Shown here: positions 1-10,478 of the stretch, piece by piece
Position numbering within the stretch: position 1 is the stretch's first letter
Layout: the number at the start of each line of letters is the position of its first letter
From: Macrostomum lignano
Taxonomy: Eukaryota
DNA: 64,000 nt
Assembly: GCA_002269645.1 (NCBI GenBank)
Contig: NIVC01001958.1
Location: forward strand, 1-64,000
Reading direction: 5' to 3'
Notes under the pieces: generated by a model
Told to the model about the DNA's origin: nothing
The model's database searches: none
Seen by the model: the letters and a program-made list of their open reading frames with translations, nothing else
Position numbers and translations under genes: made by a program

Positions 1-602
1 TTGGTGAGGAGTCTCAAAGGCGGGCTGAAGACGTGGACGAAAAGTGGTCCCATTTGACCAGTTCCTGCGAATTTGCTTCTAACCATTCGCACCAGCAGGC
101 CTAGCGGGAATCGTTCAGTTCGCCGGACATTCTCATGTGGGGACGCCGGCTGCGCCATCCGCTGACGATTACGAGCAGGTGGGTGATTCCATCTGGCTGA
201 GGCTCGGCCTGGCACGGCTCCGGTTCGCGGCCAAGTTCATCGTGCAGCACGGCCGGAACACAGCTCTGGTGACCTCAGCTGACCTACCAGATGGTGGACT
301 GCGGATGGCGCACGCAAACCAATGGAGCTGCCGCCTGGAGGCGGAGGCCGATCGGCGGCTGACCGAGGCGGCTGGATCCGAGGATCAGGCTGGGCTATCG
401 ATTCATCTGGGTGCCAAGGCTGGCTCTGACTCGGAGCTGCGTGAACCTGAGGTGACTGACTGTGACTCCCGGCTGAGTTCTGGAGATGAGACTTTCCAGC
501 CCCACAGCTCGTATGATTTGCGGCCTCGTAAACCTGTTTGTTATAAGGTCTAAGGATTGGTTTTGGTTTTTTTTGTATTTTGTTTTTCTACTTTTGGGGG
601 AG
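1..602 (+). mobile_element. Degenerate Ty3/gypsy LTR-retrotransposon fragment: integrase C-terminus plus polypurine tract
   Basis: Frameshifted motifs LVRSLKGGLK, PDILMWGRRLRHPL, VGDSIWLR..AHANQW and terminal YDLRPRKPVCYKV* (stop 553), typical of gypsy integrase ends; GGGGGAG PPT-like tract at 596-602. Confidence 0.7.
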
Positions 603-3575
603 CACACCTCGCTCTGAAAAACACTTGAGTTGAGCCCAGTGTGCTGGAGTAGCTCCACACCACTTCTCCCTTGAAGAAGACGCAAGCTCCGAAGCCTGAA
701 AGACAATGCCTCATAGAGCCGTCAGTGTAACAGTGGAATTCAGAATCGCTCCAGCTGTCACTCGCCTCGTGTCGAGGCTGAATAGTGACCTTATACCTTT
801 GGCTTAGGAGAAGGGTGGCTGGGATCGAGTCCGTGAGGATGTTGAGCCCGCCACACTCCTCGAGAGCCTTGAGGCAGAGGTCAGAGTGCGGGAAAAGCGA
901 CTGCTTCTTAAAGGCCCGCACTTTCTTGAAGGCCACCCCAGCATCTAGAAGACGCCGGGTGCTCTTCGCCACCTCCTTTGATATAAATATCCAGAGGAGG
1001 GGCACAGAGGAAGGCATTCTTGCCTTCAAAAGGAGTAGAGGGTGGAGCGCCCAGAGTCATGCGGCAAGTTCTGCCCTGGATTTTGTAAAAGAGCGTCGAG
1101 GTTGCTTTTGACGCTCAGGCCGCTGGCCCACACGAGGCTGGCGTAACTGACCGAGGGCGGATGATGGCAGTGTAAATCCACCACAGCTTCCTGGGGGTGA
1201 GCCCCCAGGTGGTGCCTACGGCGCGCCTGATCTGAGCCAGGACAGCCAGGGCTTTTTTAGCTTTAGTTTGATGTGCGGAGTCCAGTTAAGCCTGTGGTCC
1301 AGAGTGAGGCCCAGGCAGCGGACCTGCTTCTCCATGGAAATATCCTTTCCATAGAGGGTGAGGCGCCTAATGGTACAGAGCAGTTTGTTGGTAAACATGA
1401 CCGCTGTGGTTTTCGACTCTGAGAGTCTAAGGCCACATTGGTTTGCCCAACGCTCCGCTCGTCCCAGAAAGCCCTGCAGAAGATCTCTGATGGTATCAAC
1501 CGAGGGGCCCGCACATATCGCGGTCACATCGTCGCCATAGCCCACCTTGAGAATGGGGTCGTGGAGATCACTGCAAAGCAGCTCATCCATGACCATGTTC
1601 CAGAGAACGGGGGTGAGAACTCCGCCCTGGGGCCCCCTTTCTGGACAGGCGCCGAAAGAGAGCTGCCGTTCAGGTGGGCCACAACAGTGCGGTTCCGGAT
1701 CATGAACATGATCCACCGGACAAGGCGAGGGTGCGTGGCCCTGGATTCCAGGGCTCTGCAAAAGGCCTCGAAGATGACGTTGTCGAAGGCCCCCTCAATG
1801 TCCAGGAAAAGCGAGAGGGCAAAACCGCTGCCAAGAACGGCCCTCTCCAGGAAGTCAACAATGACATGGAGGGCACTCTCGGTAGACCTGCCCGCGCGGA
1901 AAGCGTGCTGGTTCTGCGAGAGTGGGAAGCGCTTCAGCTCGACCGAAAGTAGGCGCCAAAGCACCAGTCTCTCGAGGAGCTTAAGGCAGAAGGAGGTGAG
2001 GCTGATAGGCCTGAAGGCCTTCACCGATTGGTAGTCGCTCTTTCCAGGCTTGGGGATAAAGACCACCCAAGGCCTCTCTCCACGCAACTGGTACATAGCC
2101 CAGCTCCACACAAGCTCGGAGGAGACGACAGAGGAGGTCCAGGAAGCGGTGGTATTTTACCGCCTCGTGCAAGAACGCTGGGTAGATGCTATCGGGCCTT
2201 GAACGGGTTAAAGGACCTTGCCGCTCTAATAATGCGGTCTTTGGTGATCATAGACTTTGCTAGGTCTTGCCCTCCCATGGTTTGGTCAGGCGGGCCCTGC
2301 TTTCGCCTGAGAGCAGGGGGCCCTGCTTTCGCCTTGGCCCTGCTGAGTCGGAGATTTAGGGAAGAAACTGTTGAGTATTAGCTCTAGAGTCTCTTCAGAT
2401 CTCTCTGTGACCGAGCCATCAGGTCTCTTCACAACAGAGAGTTTAGAAAAACGGTCATTGTGAGTGCCTTAACCACGCGGGCTACGGGGCGGGAGCCCTC
2501 CAGCCCTTCGCAATATTGGCGCCACTTGGCCGTCTTGGCCCTTTTAACTTGGCCCTTAAACTCGTGGATCGCACGGGTATAGGCCTCTCTATCAGATGGG
2601 TCTTTGGTTTTGAGCGCTCGCCTTTGGAGGGTCCTGGTTCGGCGCCGAAGGGACCCGAGCTCTGGGTTCCACCAGGGAGCAGATTTCTTGCCTTTGTAGG
2701 CTTCTAGAGGGCATGCTGCTTCAAAGTCAGTGGTGATCGCCCCGCCCAGGGAGGAGGCAAGATCATCCACCACCTGGCAGTCAGATAGGTCACTGGGGGG
2801 GGGTCAAGATCCCGAAGGCCTCGGCTCAGCTTCGAGCCAAAGGCGGCCCAATCGGAATTTCTGACGTTCCGACACCAAGTGACCTTAGGCTTTTGTTTGG
2901 TCAGCCCAATGCAAAAGCGGATAAAGCGGTGGTCCGAGAGCGAGTCCTCGTCCCACACTCGCCAGCCCGTAACTGCGGAAAGCAGTCCGGGTGAGGCGAT
3001 GGTGGTGTCGATGACTTCGGCTCACCGCCCATTATTGAACGTTGGTGCATTGCCCACGTTACGGAAGTTGAGGTCAGTGCTGCTGACATATGCCAGCAGC
3101 TCCTCGCCTCTGTTATTGGTGTTCCTGCTGCCCCATGCAGGTGGTGTGCGTTCACATCCCCTGCAATGAGCAGCTCAAACCGACGGGACTCGGCGTAGTC
3201 AATGAGGTTGACTAGTGCGTCGCAGACTACTGGGGCATCGCCTGGGAAATAGGCAGATGCTACCAGCACAGGTTTATTGGGAATGAGGTTTTTGATTTGA
3301 ACAACACAGATGTCCCCAGTCGAGAGATCAGGTCTCATCCATGCCTCAAAAGCTTTTGCAGCGAAGACCAGAGATCTTGGGCGAGGCTGAGAGTCCGCCA
3401 TGCAAAAACAGTGGTAGCCAGATGGCACATTATTTGGCTTACCTTTAGTCATCCAGGGCTCCTGCACGAAGACCAGGCCCGGAAGCTGTTGCTCTGTCGT
3501 GCGCATCAGGTTGACTGACACCGCCACGCAGTGCTGGGTGTTGATCTGCAGACACCAGGTAGCCGCTGGCATCAT
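603..3575 (-). pseudogene. LINE ORF2 (apurinic endonuclease, reverse transcriptase, RNase H), frameshifted
   Basis: APE: LQINTQH, VQEPW, ASAYFP, IAGDVNAHH, SLSDHRFI. RT: FIPKPGK, FRPISLTS, QHAFRAGRST, FLDIEGAFDNV, PQGGVLTPVLWN, YGDD. RNase H: YTDGS, VFQSEVC, broken at about 603. Confidence 0.9.
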
Positions 3576-5617
3576 TGCAGATCGGGTGTTGCAGACGCCA
3601 GGAGTTCCTCCTCCTCCTCGGCGCTCACCAGCTTCGGGTCGGGGTCGCCGGTGTCCATGGGCTCCTCTTCAGCAAAAGGCCCCCGATTGGTCGGAAGGCA
3701 ATAGGCAGCGTTCGCCGCCCTTCGCCCACCGGCCACGGGGTCCTCCGCTTCAGACTGGCCCAATGCCCTGGAGCAGCCAGCCGCCTGGGCAGGCGGGTCC
3801 GTCGCCAGTTGGCCCTGCCCCGATGGGTTGGGCCCAGCTGGGACGTCCCCACCCTCCCTGGACGAACTGGTGCGCCTAGGCGTCCCGGCGACCTCTCTCC
3901 TCAGCTGGGTGACTTTAGCGGTGCGGACCGCCTCAGCTGCGCGCTGGTACAGGCCGCGCCGCTTGGTGCTGCGCGCCGGGCGTCGGTCGCCTCCGCCCTC
4001 AGCAGCGCGCTCAGCTTTACCGCGCGGCCGTGCTTTGGCAGCCTGGGCAAAAGCTCGCGCCTGCCCCGGTCGCCTCCGTATCCCCCCCCCGCCCTGCTCA
4101 CTGCCACGGGGAGGGTCGGCCTCGTAGGAGCGGATGCGCAGCTTCCAAAGGCCGACGTTGATGAAGCTGCCGTGTGGATAACGCCTCATCCAGGCGTCCG
4201 ACAGCCCCAGGATGGCTGTGAAGCCAGTGCTGTCGGTGCGCTTAAGGGTGTCATGCACCACTAGGCCCGCGGCGGGAAGCTCCCGGTTGACTGCTAGCAG
4301 TCCTTTCCGGAGCTCGTCAGCAGAGGTAACGACGCTCCTGGCCGGAACCCAGATTCGATGCCTCTTGGTCCGGGGGCGCTCGTCCTCTCTGCAGAAGGCT
4401 AAGTTGACGTCCCAGCTCTGCTCGGGCAGCAGCTCAATAGTCACCAATGACGCTGCCGCTACATTGACTGTGATGTATGCCACAATTGGCAACATACAGA
4501 ATGTAATTCCGGTAAGTATTTGCATTTGCCACATGCACAACCTACAGCTGTTGTCATGGATTTCGAGGCCGCAGCCTGGCGAGCTGTCAGCAGGCAGCAG
4601 TTTCCAGATGCTCAACTTAAAGGCTGTGTTTTTCACTATTACATCTACGCAGGTGTGTAAGACGGTGAAATTGGACCTTGAATGGGTTAGATATTGTACT
4701 ATAAGTTTTGTTTGCTTAAATTTACTTGTGCCTTCAAACACATGCGTTTCACAGGCCATCTATCGCCACATTCAAAGCTCTGGACTGCAAAATTTGTACG
4801 TATCTGACTTCGAAGTACAGTCCGTGTGCCGCAAATTAATGTCGCTGCCGTTTCTTCCACATGAAGAAATTAGTCAGCAGTTTTTTCGGCTACTACGAAC
4901 TGTAGTTCAGCTGGAGCCTCTGCAACTTTTTTGCGACTTTGTGCAGGCTACATGGCTGCGAAGCACGATCTGGAGCATCCGGGAACTCAGTGTTTTCAAG
5001 GACGTGCGCACTAATGACACCGAAGGGTGGCACTGGAAGCTGAATGCCAGAGCACAGCGCGGTCGACTTCAATTTTATCTGCTGGTGCGGCTGTTGCACG
5101 AAGAGGCCCAGATAGTCGCGATCGAATCGCGACTTGTGGCTTAAGGCGCTCAGCGAAGGCAACGAAGACCGAATTACCTTCGAATGGAACAGCAGTACCA
5201 TAGCGCTTCTGGGGCGAATACACGTCAGGAGCGCGGACCGCCGAAGGCTTGCTAGACGCGTGCAGCCTGCTGAATGGCCCCAAATGATTTTAAAGTATTT
5301 CTCTGGTTTTTAGTTGGTCTGGAGATGTCCTGGTAGGTCTCTGAATCCCACCGCTGCCACCAGTGAAGTACCGGTTTCTTGCCTGTGGTTCTTGACTAGA
5401 CCGCTGCCGCCAATGTCGTGTCTGCGGCTTCCTTGGGCTGTCTCGGAAGGGCTGACAGATCTTCCAGCTCCTGGCGGAGGCGTCTAGCGTGCGGTTTCTT
5501 AGAAACTAGTTCTCGTAGCGTAGGTAGTGCTGCCACCAGCTTCGCAGAGTCGCAGCCTTCGGTGAGATGCCGAGCTCGTAGAAGCAAATAACTAAGACGA
5601 GAGAGATAGACTCGCAC
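3572..5617 (-). pseudogene. LINE ORF1 (gag-like, DUF4780-like segment), interrupted by a MULE fragment
   Basis: RPRTKRHRIWVP..GLLAVNRELP..INVGLWKLRIR segment and acidic C-terminus ending ATPDLQ* at 3572; the 5' part (5396-5617) is separated by 4455-5290. Confidence 0.6.
4455..5290 (+). mobile_element. Mutator (MULE) transposase relic with PHD-like motif and one intron
   Basis: CDVCHNWQHTEC (PHD-like), VVMDFEAA..FPDAQLKGCVFHY, intron 4653-4754 (GT..AG), QAIYRHIQ..CRKLMSLPFLP..RTNDTEGWH, terminal LLDACSLLNGPK* (stop 5287). Confidence 0.8.
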
Positions 5618-5871
5618 TTCGTGCAGATTTAGCAGTTCTTAAGCAGAGGTGTCCACAGTCAGCAGTCCCTGCCGGACTAGTGCGGGGTTAGAGCGATGGT
5701 GCTAGCATCGGGCGATCTAAGCTGGCCTGCTAAATTGATAGCAGGGGAGCAATCAGAAGCACGGCACGCGCAAAGTCGGGAGACTTGGAGTTCAAACTTA
5801 AGCGGAAACTTGGCACACAAACTTAGAGACTCTGACTGAGAGAGGCAGAAAACGGGAACGCGACAGGGGTT

Positions 5872-5906
5872 GACTGAACCGAGCCCTGAGAGGGGCCACA
5901 TTTATA
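5872..5906 (-). promoter_or_regulatory. Candidate TATA box plus initiator core promoter at the LINE 5' end
   Basis: Minus-strand TATAAA (5906-5901) lies 31 nt upstream of the A of TTCAGTC (5875). Confidence 0.45.
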
Positions 5907-5919
5907 GGGAGCATCGATT

Positions 5920-6939
5920 GGGAGCACCCCAACTGCCAGCCGGAAAACTGCCAGCCGACAACTGCCAGCCGGAAAACTGCCAGCCGACAATTGCCAGCCG
6001 AGAAAACTGCCAGCCGACAATTGCCAGCCGACAACTGCCAGCCGGAAAACTGCCAGCCGACAATTGCCAGCCGACAACTGCCAGCCGACAACTGCCAGCC
6101 GGAAAACTGCCAGCCGACAATTGCCAGCCGACAACTGCCAGCCGCGACAACTGCCAGCCGACAACTGCCAGCCGACAAGTTCTAGCTAATTGAATCTACT
6201 GTAGCCTACTTATTAGCTAAGTAAAAAGCACGAAACTGTTTGGCTAGCAAAAGGCTTGTGGGGTAGCATTAAATGTCGCCCTTCCCTTCCCTAATTTTTG
6301 CAGATTTCCATTAGAAGTATATATGTGATGGAGAAGGCATTCTGTAATGCCTATTGTAAATATTTTTGTATTGAAAGTTCATTTACTTTATTATTTAATT
6401 TGCGATTGCGATTGCTATATGACGCAATCCTAGAAAAGTCTATTAAATTACTTAACTTAAATAAAGCTTTCAAAGAAAGAGCAAAGGCTACCTAAAATAC
6501 GAAATTTGAACCAAGATGTTTGTGCAGGAGCCGAAAGTTGCCAGCTCTGATTCGCGCACATGCCACACAAGCTTACAAACTTTTGTTGGCGATAAAACAA
6601 AACAACTTGTAGCTAGGCTAACTGATTTCTGTAACAATGCAATGGTAACCTGTTTTGCTGAATAATTAACTGATTTAATAAATAGTAAACAAAGCTGTCT
6701 ACACTTTCTAGCTAGATCCTGAATGCCATATTGCGGAAGGTGTAGTATACGTATGCCGGCGTACAAACGCTTTGTCTGGCGTACATCTTGCGTTTTTCTC
6801 GCTGGCAGTTTTCTCGGCTGGCAATTGTCGACTGGCAATTGTCGACTGGCAGTTGTCGGCTGGCAGTTTTCCGGCTGGCAGTTTTCTCGGCTGGCAATTG
6901 TCGGCTGGCATTTTTCCGGCTGGCAGTTGGGGTGGACCC
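5920..6939. mobile_element. Non-autonomous foldback/MULE-type DNA transposon (1020 bp)
   Basis: Exact 9-bp TSD GCATCGATT (5911-5919, 6940-6948); TIRs start GGGAGCACCCCAACTGCCAGCC / GGGTCCACCCCAACTGCCAGCC; arms built of about 14-bp CAACTGCCAGCCGA subrepeats (5931-6180, 6800-6930). Confidence 0.87.
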
Positions 6940-9212
6940 GCATCGATTGCACCATATCACGAAAGCCCCCCGCTGAGAGTCATGAGTTACTCTGTTGCTA
7001 TTTTTAGCAACAAGCGAGCGGGTTCTGCCTCAGAGGAGGCAGGGGTCCTGGCGCACGTGATGTCCCCATAAACACGAGCCCAGAGTACAATGATGAAATC
7101 ATTTCACTTTGGACTAAGGAAGGAAAAGAAGGCCCTGTCACGTGACTGGCTCACATGACAAGGGGAAAAGGCCCACAAGTGAAGGCAACTCGTGACCTTG
7201 GGACCGGAAAACAGGGACGGCACTCCAAATTTGGAGATGCCAAACAGCTGAGAATGAAACAGAGGCAGGCCAGACGTAGCTGTCTGGGCACTGCAAAACG
7301 GGAGCACGAGACGAAAGGGGCAAACAAGGACAGACAGACAGACCAGCAAACGGACAAAGGACAAGCCATGAGGACAGGCGAGAAGGGACAGGCAACTGCC
7401 CAGCGGCAGCCAGAAGCCTGGGGCGAGGGCGAGGGCGAGGGAAACAGCTGACTAGTGCGGCGCCTAACTAAACTAGCGACTCACTACAATTTTTATAAGT
7501 TGTTGATTTTTTTCAACTATACTTATACCTTCTATTTTATCCTACTGTATGGCCTAGTCCAACTTAGTTTTAACTTTTAAAATTTTAAACTTTTAATTAA
7601 CTTTTTCACTCGTCAATTGTTTGATCGTCGATTTAAATATATTGTAAATGCTATGACAAATAATCGTAAAATAAATATAGGCCGTACGGACCTAAAAATT
7701 CACTAACTCCAAGTCCGAGACTCTAAAGGGACGTACACGCACCTCTTAGAAAACGTGCATATTCGGCATGATTAAAACAAACCTTACTTGAATGGCAAGT
7801 ACTTTAATGGCAATATTTTAAATTTCAACGAGTGTCGTATATAGACTTTCTTTAACCTTCAGCATTCGCCGAATTGGCTGTCGCCGAACTGACTTGTCGC
7901 CGAATTGGTGGTCGCCGAATTAACTGGATATTTAACGGTTATATATCGTTATATATTCTTATTCGCGATCATTTTAAAACTAGTCTACATCATTTTTTTT
8001 CTTTTCGATTTTTCGTTTGAACTTCATTCGTACCTTATCTCGTAATATCGTAATCAAAGCAATACCTCGTAATTCGTACTCATTTTTGTACGCATATTTA
8101 TACTCATCCATACTCATATTCATACTCATATTATAATTCTCTTTTTAAATACTTGAAATTTGTATTTTCGTTGTTAGTCGTCACTTTTCGTCCAAAAATA
8201 CCGTAAAAAATTCTGGCGCGCTTTCAAATACTAAACTCTTTATATATTAAACTTCTATTTCGAAAATTTCTCCATTTATTTGATTGCCCTATATTATATT
8301 GGCCAAACAGGCTAATTGTCTGAGCCAAATTCTTACTACTACTACTACTAACTGGAAGCCGACAAAAGAGCCGTCAGAACAAGTAAAAGGTTATTAATAA
8401 AAAATGTAATATTTAACATTAAGACACTCAGACTCTCAGAGTGTTGTCTCTGAGTGTCTTCATCTACTTCATTTGGTTGACGGTCATTTCGTCTACTGCC
8501 GGTTCGTCTGCCACAAAATATTATATAGAATGTCAATGTATGAACTAGTGATAGGGGCGTAAGTCTAAGTCAAAATAGGCCTAACAAGTATACTAGGCCT
8601 GCTATAACTTGGTTCCTATAAGTTTTTATAATTTACTTTGTAAATAAGCTAGGTCCTATTATAACCTAGGACAAAAAATTTTAATTATCATTAAATTCAA
8701 GCAAAAATCTCAAATGCTATTTAATATTTTTCAAATTTCAAATTTTCAACTTTTTTATATATTTTGCCTATTATTATTGCATACTAATTACTTTTGCCTA
8801 AGGCCAAAACCTTTATTTTAAAGAAGTAAATTTTATTAAACTACAATTTTAGACAATTTTCTAGTTTTGCATATTTAATTATTTTATAAAAAGAAGCACT
8901 TCCTTATGTTATAGTTATCGCAAATAAATTTTTAAACTTAATTAATCCTAAGTTTAATAAGATATGGCAATAAATCTATTTTATGTCTATATCTATTACT
9001 TTAAGATGGCTATTGGCTATGTCTATGGCCAAAACCTGCAATTGCACCTTGTTTTTGAAAAGGGACTAGGGTAGAAAAGGGATTTTTGAGAGATTTATTA
9101 CCTTGGTTTCTTGTCTTGATCTATCTCTTAAGCAATCATAGCTAGATGCCTTGCAGTATTAATAAGTATAATTCTTATTATGGACAATGCCTAAGCTAAG
9201 TGCAATAATAGC

Positions 9213-10077
9213 CAGTGTTGGGCAAGTTACTCAAAAAAAGTAACTTGCGTTACTGTAACTTAAGTTACCAATTTTTAAAAAGTAACTTACGTTAGCCTAG
9301 TAACTTTAGACAAAAACCCGGTAACTTTTAAGTTACTGTCCGTTACTCACTTCCGTTACCCATGTTATTAACAAAATTTTCTGCTTTTTTCACATTGCAT
9401 TTTTTTACATTGTTGTTACCGAAATTTGCCATTGGGCATTGGGATTAACCGATTAACAGACAGAGACAGCAATTGGCGACACGATGTGAGGCAAGTAGAA
9501 GGACCGATGGGCAATGGCAATCAATAATTAAAATTATAAATGATAAAATAAATGAATATCAATAATTCAATAGAGTAAAATAAATAACTGTATAAAATGG
9601 TGTAGTGTACTGCAGTGCCAGTGGAGGGACTTGTGGAGGCTACAGACGAATTTCTTTCTTTGGTTGTTTGTTTGAATCAAACTTGAAAATTTTTAGTAAA
9701 TTGAAAATGAGAAATAAAAATTGAAAAATAAAATGAAAGGCGAAAATATTTTACTGAAATTATAACTAAGCAAAACATGTTTTAAGTATTTCTTCATTAA
9801 TTAAAGCGCAATACCAAATGATACTATTCACTTAATTTTGAATTAGGAATGAAAAATGCAAAAAAATGTGACAACCGGCGTAATAGCTAAGCATTTCAGT
9901 TTTAAATTTAAATATTGCGATTGTTGCAAAGTAACTGTAACGGACTTCTGAAATTTGAGTAACTTACCGTTACTCCGTTACTAAAATAAAAAAGTAACTT
10001 GCGTAAGGAACGCTTTACGAAAAAGTAACTTGCGTTACCATTTGCAAGTTACTCGGTAACGGAAGTGCCCAACACTG
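9213..10077. mobile_element. hAT-type MITE (865 bp)
   Basis: Perfect 12-bp TIR CAGTGTTGGGCA/TGCCCAACACTG; exact 8-bp TSD ATAATAGC (9205-9212, 10078-10085); subterminal GTAAC/GTTAC motifs. Confidence 0.9.
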
Positions 10078-10421
10078 ATAATAGCCACCAACAAAACAAT
10101 GATACATTAGCCAGCCATATATTACCTGCTAACCAATCAATATTGTTTTCTTATCTATCCTGGGTAGCTACCTATATGTCTGTAGAAACAAGAAATTAGT
10201 TGCTTATTGACTAATATTGTTACGCTGTCTATGCATGCCAAATTTATCTACTAATAAGTAGTGCAAGCCAAACAAGAGGATACCTTAGCAACAATAAAAA
10301 TATTGTTATCTAGACTACCATGGATTAGTGAATTTCTGCTATGATATCTGTAGCCAATCCCTATTGGAATAAGTGGTATTTTCGCGGACGGCGTCCGGCG
10401 CACTTTTTCTTTTTCCTCATA

Positions 10422-10478
10422 GTCATGGCGCATGGCGCGCTACGCGCGCCATGCGCCATGACGCACAGCAGCTCACAG
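10422..10478 (+). other. Perfect 19-bp GC-rich hairpin followed by a CAG|GTAAGA donor; possible 5' exon of mei-P26
   Basis: GTCATGGCGCATGGCGCGC-TAC-GCGCGCCATGCGCCATGAC (10422-10462); donor GT at 10479; GC island in AT-rich DNA. Confidence 0.4.

Larger units (their letters stand above)
603..5880 (-). mobile_element. Non-LTR retrotransposon (APE-RT-RNase H, LOA/Lian-like), 3'-truncated, with disrupted ORFs
   Basis: ORF1 plus ORF2 with APE, RT and RNase H motifs in order on the minus strand; several frameshifts; clade assignment from motif style is inference. Confidence 0.88.

Noticed and set aside
8421-8460. 12-bp hairpin as a pre-miRNA
   Set aside because: The stem is too short and does not extend
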